DNA of 64,000 bases from positions 32,001 through 96,000 of the forward strand of contig JAWLHY010000007.1 of the NCBI GenBank assembly GCA_041690135.1, given 5' to 3'. Both the position numbers and the translations under genes were made by a program. Below the pieces are notes generated by a model. That model was not told the DNA's origin. It did no database searches and saw only the letters and a list, made by a program, of their open reading frames with translations. Positions 58,682 through 64,000 of this stretch are shown here, piece after piece; within the stretch, counting starts at the first letter, position 1, and the number at the start of each line of letters is the position of its first letter. This DNA comes from Armatimonadota bacterium (GTDB lineage: Bacteria > Armatimonadota > SYMT01).

Positions 58682-58938
58682 GGGCGGAAGCGATTGGGCG
58701 GGTCCCTCTCGGAGCCCAGAGGCTGCACACCCAGCGGGCCGGGGGTGAGGTCACGGTGGTCAACGCAACCGCCAACACTGACGCACATGCCCCGACCGAT
58801 CAGGCCAACAAGAGGGGATGCCAAGCGAAGACGTCCAACTCTCGGCCACCACCCCCGCAGTCCGAACCCCCGAGCACCTGTACCTTCACGCCCCAAATGG
58901 GCGCCCAACGCCCAATGTCCGAAAGCCCGACTGCCCGG

Positions 58939-58978
58939 CACCCGAACACCGGAGCACCCGAACACCCCAGCGCCCCCT
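58939..58978. repeat. Octamer array (CACCSSAR) abutting vWA gene stop
   Basis: cacccgaa caccggag cacccgaa caccccag cgccccct. Confidence 0.75.
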
Positions 58979-58980
58979 AA

Positions 58981-60843
58981 CTATATCCTCTTATGGTAGA
59001 CCCACCACTCGATGCCGAGCACCACCAGGGCGAGAATTACCAGCCAGCGCCAGAACTCGCGGGCCGTCCTGACCGTCCCGCTTCCGGCGAGCACCGGCCG
59101 GCGTCCGAATTGGAGCGCGTCCTTTGGGTCCGTCTGGGATTCGTCACGGCTGAGGAGGTTGATGGCGAACTCCTGCCGGACGCCTTTGCCAGTGACGGCG
59201 TAGATGCCGCGGCGCTCGGTATCGGAGAAATAGGCGACCTTCCCCTCCGGTTTCAACGTCGCTTTGCGGCCGTCCGGCGTGGTGACCGTGAGCTCCGACA
59301 CGCCGGCGGGGACCTCGATGGGGGCAGACTGCCCGGCCATCAACTGAAGCCCTTCCGTACGGCCGGGGCGGGCGGCGAGCCATTGGACCAGGTTGTTGAA
59401 GAAGATCGGGAAGGCAACCCGCAGTGGGAATTCCGTCTTGAGGAGCGGGAAGCCGACATAGGCGCTCTTGACCCCACCCTTTTCACCGACCGCCATCACC
59501 GCGCCACCCTCATGTTCTGCGAGACCCACCCCCCAGGGCTTGAGGTCCGCGGTACGGGCTTCCGCCAGGTTGAGCTGGTTCAGTTTGACATACCGCATGA
59601 TCGGGTGGGCGCGCCGCCAATCGAGTACGGTCGCGTTCGTGGTGACGCTCTTCAGTTCTACGGGTGCGGTAGGCCCGCCGCAGTTGATGTAAAGGTGGTT
59701 GCCGGGGCCGGGCTGCTTCGGGCCCTGGTTCTCGAAGATCACCACGTCGAACCCATCTTGCCCGTTGTAGGCCTCCGGGGTGACTTTGGAGATCTGGACG
59801 TTGGGGTCGACGTTCAGCGCGTTTTCCAGGTAGAGGTTGCCCTGGGTGACCAGGAGAACGTTGACTTCCCGCCGTGTAGAAAGCTGCGCATACGCCTCGT
59901 TATCGGCCTCCAGGTCATCCTGGATGTCCAGGCGGGCCCGCAGGATGCCGTTGGTCTCCGGCAGGTTGGTGAAGACCTCCGCCTTCTCACTAAAGCCGTC
60001 GACTTTATCCGCGGCGGGCAGATCGACCGGCCTCACGTCGATCAGGGCATCGTCACGGTAGAACTCGATGTTTCCCTTCCGGGGCTCGTTACTGAAGTTG
60101 CGCACCGCCACGAACAACTGATAGCCGCCTTCGTCCTGGAACATCCGGCGGACGTCCATGGCGACGATGCCCACGTTTTCGGAGCGGGTCCCTACCTTGA
60201 CGAATTCGATCCCGGCTCCGCGGGTATCGAGGTCTTCCAAGTCGCCGAACGCCCCGTCGGAAATCACATAGATCCGCCGCTCCCCCCGCATAATGCTGCT
60301 GGCTACCGTACTGGAGGCCAGCAGGAGAGCATCCCGCAGGTTGGTGGTGGTGTCCTGCGCTTCGGCGCGGCGAATGGCCCGGCGGAGCTCGTTCTGGTTG
60401 CTGGTGAGCGAAGTCAACCGATGGGTGCGGCTCGTCGCCAGCACGATCATCATCCGGTCGCCTCCGCGCATCTGGCCGACCATCCGGAGCGCGGTCTCCT
60501 TGGCCGCCTCGAAACGGCTGCCCCTGGCATCCCGGCTCTGCATACTTGCGGAGCCGTCCAGGATGAGGACGACGTTCTTGCCTCCGAGGGAGTTGACGAA
60601 GATCGCCGGGCGCGCCAGGGCGAGGATAGCCAGGGTCGCGATGAGCAACTGCAGGAATAGTAGCAGGTTCTTTTTCAGCTTCTGGAAGGGGGCATTCGCC
60701 TGCACATCCTTGACGAGATGGTTCCAGAGCAGTACGGAACTGACGGTGACTTCTCGCCGCTTCAGCTTCAGCAGGTAAAAGAAGACGATGACCGGCAGGA
60801 GAACCAGCAGCCAGAAGAGATGAAGTGGATCGAAAAGCGTCAT
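58981..60843 (-). CDS. BatA N-terminal + vWA domain membrane protein
   Basis: YLLK.KR....VSS..LW, LALARP, MIDAS DGSASM, ISDG, C-terminal EFW..L....L..EW. Confidence 0.9.
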   Translation of the reverse strand: MTLFDPLHLFWLLVLLPVIVFFYLLKLKRREVTVSSVLLWNHLVKDVQANAPFQKLKKNLLLFLQLLIATLAILALARPAIFVNSLGGKNVVLILDGSASMQSRDARGSRFEAAKETALRMVGQMRGGDRMMIVLATSRTHRLTSLTSNQNELRRAIRRAEAQDTTTNLRDALLLASSTVASSIMRGERRIYVISDGAFGDLEDLDTRGAGIEFVKVGTRSENVGIVAMDVRRMFQDEGGYQLFVAVRNFSNEPRKGNIEFYRDDALIDVRPVDLPAADKVDGFSEKAEVFTNLPETNGILRARLDIQDDLEADNEAYAQLSTRREVNVLLVTQGNLYLENALNVDPNVQISKVTPEAYNGQDGFDVVIFENQGPKQPGPGNHLYINCGGPTAPVELKSVTTNATVLDWRRAHPIMRYVKLNQLNLAEARTADLKPWGVGLAEHEGGAVMAVGEKGGVKSAYVGFPLLKTEFPLRVAFPIFFNNLVQWLAARPGRTEGLQLMAGQSAPIEVPAGVSELTVTTPDGRKATLKPEGKVAYFSDTERRGIYAVTGKGVRQEFAINLLSRDESQTDPKDALQFGRRPVLAGSGTVRTAREFWRWLVILALVVLGIEWWVYHKRI

Positions 60844-61076
60844 GGCGATCGGCGGGTTCCGCTTGTGTTCTCCCGAATCCAGGGCGAGGGGTGGAAAGTC
60901 GCGGTTTGCGGTATTCCCTATAGCAAAACGCCTGGGACCGGTTTCCGGTTATCCTCCGGCAAATCCGTTCGGACCGTCACAGGTCATTGTAGCAGTCTCC
61001 TCCATGAGCTACTACGCGATGCGTACCGAATACCTCTCGGTTCGGTGGCAATTCCCAGTTCCGGGCGGGATTGTGG

Positions 61077-61106
61077 AAAAGGGGCGGCCCGTTAGGACCG
61101 CCCCTG
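61077..61106 (-). terminator. Terminator downstream of csp
   Basis: Minus strand aggggcggtcc-taac-gggccgccccttttc. Confidence 0.65.
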
Positions 61107-61337
61107 AAGGGTGTGTGCAGTTTGGAAGTTGCTGGTGCTGGCAGCCCCTTTTCCATTTGTTCCTGCGTGCGGCCCTCGGCGCCGGCGCCGGAACTACAGG
61201 CATTACTGGAGGGGTGAGCACCACGGGCCGGTGGGAGAGTGGATCTGCTTCCTGACCGTCCGAAAAGGCTTTCGGCGTGCGCAACCTGGCTCCCGCCAAT
61301 GGGTAACCCAGTGGTGCGCGCGCTCGACCGTAGGCAA

Positions 61338-61547
61338 TCAACCTGCGGTCGCTGGCTGCACGTGGGTAGCATGAAGACCTTTGGGTCCCTGCGCTACTTC
61401 ATAAACTACCGGCTCTCCCTCGCGGAGGGTACGGTAGCCGTCCTTCTGAATGACGGAGTAGTGGACAAAGATGTCGCCGCCAGAGCCCCCGTCAATAAAA
61501 CCATAACCCTTGGCTGCGTTGAACCACTTCACTTTGCCTTCGGCCAT
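61338..61547 (-). CDS. Cold-shock protein
   Basis: GKVKWFNAAKGYGFI, DIFVHYS, GYRTL.EG, GPKG; GAGGAGG RBS. Confidence 0.96.
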   Translation of the reverse strand: MAEGKVKWFNAAKGYGFIDGGSGGDIFVHYSVIQKDGYRTLREGEPVVYEVAQGPKGLHATHVQPATAG

Positions 61548-61860
61548 CGTTGCGAACCTCCTCGGACCTCTTCTGTTTGGCGAGCAACTCCCGGAGGGGT
61601 ACGTCAACTAACCTCCTGCCTGGTCGCTCTGCAGCACAGATTAGTGACTGCCTGCAAAAACACCTTCCTACTTACCCCGAAGTTTGCGTGATTTTTGCAC
61701 TCCCTTCGAACTCGACTTGTGGACGCCGGCTCACGGGTGGGAAACTCGGTATCCAACGGGGTGTCCCAAGGGGGAAGTACGGGATCTTGGAGGCTCCGCA
61801 ACAGCACAGTCCGGACCCCAGCACTTCCCTTATGACAGAGCTGCTACGAAGGGTGCCCGA

Positions 61861-64000
61861 ATGCCGCGACCTCGCCTGATTGCTAGTCTATTGAGCCTCA
61901 TGTGCGCCGTGGGGGTCGGTGTAGCGTCCGCCTCTGGCCCGGCGAAATCCGGAGAGGCGAAAGAGGTCCGAGAAGCCGACGCGGAGTTTTTCGAGACCCG
62001 GATCCGGCCGGTGCTGGTCGGCGGATGCGAGAAATGCCACGGACCCGCAAAGGCACTGGGTGGTCTTCGCCTCGATTCGCATGCCGCTCTACTCAAAGGC
62101 GGAGGTCGCGGCGCCGGATTCATCTCCGGTAAACCGGACGTTAGTCTCCTGGTCCGGGCGATTCGCCAGAACGACCCGGAGGTGCCGCGCATGCCGCCGG
62201 CGGGAAAACTCACCGCCCAGCAGATTGCGGACCTGGAAGAATGGGTGCGCAGAGGCGCTCCCTGGCCGGAATACGCGCCCGACCAGTCTCCCGCTGCATT
62301 GTGGTCGGTCCAGCCGGTGCGCCGCCCCGCGGTACCGAAGGTCGTCCCGCCTGCCGGCCGCCCAGAATGGGTGCGGAATCCGATCGATGCGTTCGTCTTG
62401 CGCGGGCTGCAGTCACACCGGATGGTCCCCGCCCCGGAAGCCGGCCGGTTGGAACTGATGCGTCGCCTCTATTTCGACGTCATCGGCCTGCCGCCCACGC
62501 CGGAAGAAGTCGCCCGGTTCCTCAAAGAGTGCGAGGATGGGCCGCGGGTTGAAACCTCGCTGCCTCGAAATTCGAAGCTCGAAACTCGGAACTCCGGACT
62601 CGGAACTTTTACCACCCGCGGGGTGGCGGAACGCCGGGTGCCCCCTGGGCAGCGGAACTTCGACATTGCCTACAAACGGCTGGTCGACCGACTTCTGGCA
62701 TCCCCCCAATATGGGGAACGCTGGGCGCGTTACTGGTTGGACCTGGTGCGGTATGCGGACACGAACGGCTACGAGCGGGATGCGGAGAAGACGCACTCCT
62801 GGAAATACCGCGACTACGTCATCCGCTCGCTCAACGCAGACAAGCCCTATGACCGGTTCGTAATGGAGCAACTCGCGGGGGACGAACTGCCGGATCGCAC
62901 CGAGGAGACGGTGACCGCCACCGGCTTCCTGCGCCTGGGAACCTGGGACGACGAGCCGAACGACCCACTGGAGTACCGCTACGAGCGCCTGGATGACCTG
63001 GTTCACGCCAGCTCGACGGCCTTCCTCGGCCTCACGCTCAAATGCGCGCGGTGTCACGACCACAAGTTCGACCCGCTTCCGCAGCGCGACTATTACGCTT
63101 TCGCGGCGGCGTTCTACGGAGGCTTTCTCGATGCCGGGGACCGAAAGCTCCTGGGTGGTCCGCCCGAGGACCGGCTAGGTTACCCGGTCCTCGGTTTCAC
63201 CGATCGCGGTCCGGAGGCGCCTCCGCTCCGCCTGCTGAAAAATGGAGACCCCAAGCGCGAAGAAGAGGTGGTCCCACCCGGCTACCTCACCCTGCTGCCC
63301 GCCTTGAACCGGCCGGTCCAGCCGCCCCCACCCGGCGCCCGCACGACGCACCGCCGCCTCCAGCTCGCCCGCTGGATGGTCGATCCCCGCAATCCGCTGA
63401 CTCCGCGAGTCATCGTCAATCGCGTGTGGCAGCACCACTTCGGCGAAGGTCTCGTCCGCACCCCCAACAACTTCGGCCGCAAAGGCGCACTGCCCACGCA
63501 CCCGGAACTCTTGGATTATCTTGCGGCGGTTTTCTCCGCTACACCCGAGCGAATGGGGGAAGGGAAGAAGGAGAGAATGGGAGGCACAGGTACCGTAACA
63601 GGAGCTGTGACTCGGGGTGTGGGTTCATCCTTCGGCTCCACCCCCCGGCCCCTGGCCCCCAGCCCCGCCGAAGGCCTGGGTTGGAGCCTCAAGAAGCTCC
63701 ACCGTCTCATCCTCCTCAGCAGCACCTACCGGATGGCCTCCATTCATCCCCGAGAGGCGGAGTACGCGCAGCTAGACGCGGCCAACGAGCGGCTGTGGCG
63801 GGCCAACCGGCGGCGGCTGGATGCGGACGCGATGCGGGACGCGATGCTGGCGGTCAGCGGTCTGTTGAACCCTACCGCGGGCGGGCCCGGGTTCACTCCT
63901 TCGGTCGCTTCCGAAGCCCTCGAAGGGCTGAGCCGGAAAGGGGCCGAGTGGGTTCCCTCTCCGCCCGAAGAGCAGCGCCGCCGGAGCATCTACATGTTCC
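61861..64000 (+). CDS. PSCyt1 + DUF1549 + DUF1553 protein (third paralog), runs off window end
   Basis: Translated by hand: MPRPRLIASLL..., FFETRIRPVL...CEKCHG, RNPIDAF, YGERWA..WLD, CARCHDHKFDP, HPELLDYLA, RRSIYMF; no stop before 64000 so absent from ORF track; no LamG insert. Confidence 0.9.
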   Translation, partial: MPRPRLIASLLSLMCAVGVGVASASGPAKSGEAKEVREADAEFFETRIRPVLVGGCEKCHGPAKALGGLRLDSHAALLKGGGRGAGFISGKPDVSLLVRAIRQNDPEVPRMPPAGKLTAQQIADLEEWVRRGAPWPEYAPDQSPAALWSVQPVRRPAVPKVVPPAGRPEWVRNPIDAFVLRGLQSHRMVPAPEAGRLELMRRLYFDVIGLPPTPEEVARFLKECEDGPRVETSLPRNSKLETRNSGLGTFTTRGVAERRVPPGQRNFDIAYKRLVDRLLASPQYGERWARYWLDLVRYADTNGYERDAEKTHSWKYRDYVIRSLNADKPYDRFVMEQLAGDELPDRTEETVTATGFLRLGTWDDEPNDPLEYRYERLDDLVHASSTAFLGLTLKCARCHDHKFDPLPQRDYYAFAAAFYGGFLDAGDRKLLGGPPEDRLGYPVLGFTDRGPEAPPLRLLKNGDPKREEEVVPPGYLTLLPALNRPVQPPPPGARTTHRRLQLARWMVDPRNPLTPRVIVNRVWQHHFGEGLVRTPNNFGRKGALPTHPELLDYLAAVFSATPERMGEGKKERMGGTGTVTGAVTRGVGSSFGSTPRPLAPSPAEGLGWSLKKLHRLILLSSTYRMASIHPREAEYAQLDAANERLWRANRRRLDADAMRDAMLAVSGLLNPTAGGPGFTPSVASEALEGLSRKGAEWVPSPPEEQRRRSIYMF

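Noticed and set aside
58680-58900. ZTP (pfl) riboswitch expected upstream of purH
   Set aside because: No GACTGGCG, GTGG/CCAC or CGCCTGGGC signatures on the minus strand
58591-58965. N-terminal extension of PurH (666-aa ORF)
   Set aside because: The extension is translated repeat DNA (STFNLQP...); homology starts at LAQVQRALISV (TTG 58590)

Overview
GC-rich bacterial chromosomal window of mostly housekeeping and accessory metabolic genes. No tRNA, rRNA, CRISPR array, prophage or intact transposase was seen. The mix of planctomycete-type DUF1549/DUF1553/DUF1501 and DUF1080 genes with Terrabacteria-like features (LCP protein, PerR-ahpC, L10 leader with terminator) suggests Armatimonadota or similar (inference only). 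Recognisable genes include hydantoinase B/oxoprolinase, a CUT1 ABC transporter running into lepB-rnc, rplJ-rplL, perR-ahpC, amtB-glnK, kdgK, an ABC-F protein, terC, htpX, cstA, gntP, actP, purH, a vWA/BatA protein and csp. Most notable observations: (1) two yybP-ykoY (Mn) riboswitches in series, one before htpX and one before terC; (2) a family of 7-8 bp tandem repeats that abut stop and start codons with a strand polarity and also sit in frame in specific loops of DUF1549/DUF1553 cytochrome proteins; (3) six pentamers in exact 11-bp phase upstream of amtB-glnK resembling actinobacterial GlnR boxes; (4) a 57-aa basic CxxC..CC protein missed by the ORF track, with its own promoter, RBS and terminator; (5) an ABM-ABM-STAS fusion, a degenerate zinc-finger/GTPase-like protein, orphan TA parts and several candidate structured RNAs. 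All family assignments come from motif recognition by eye, not database searches.
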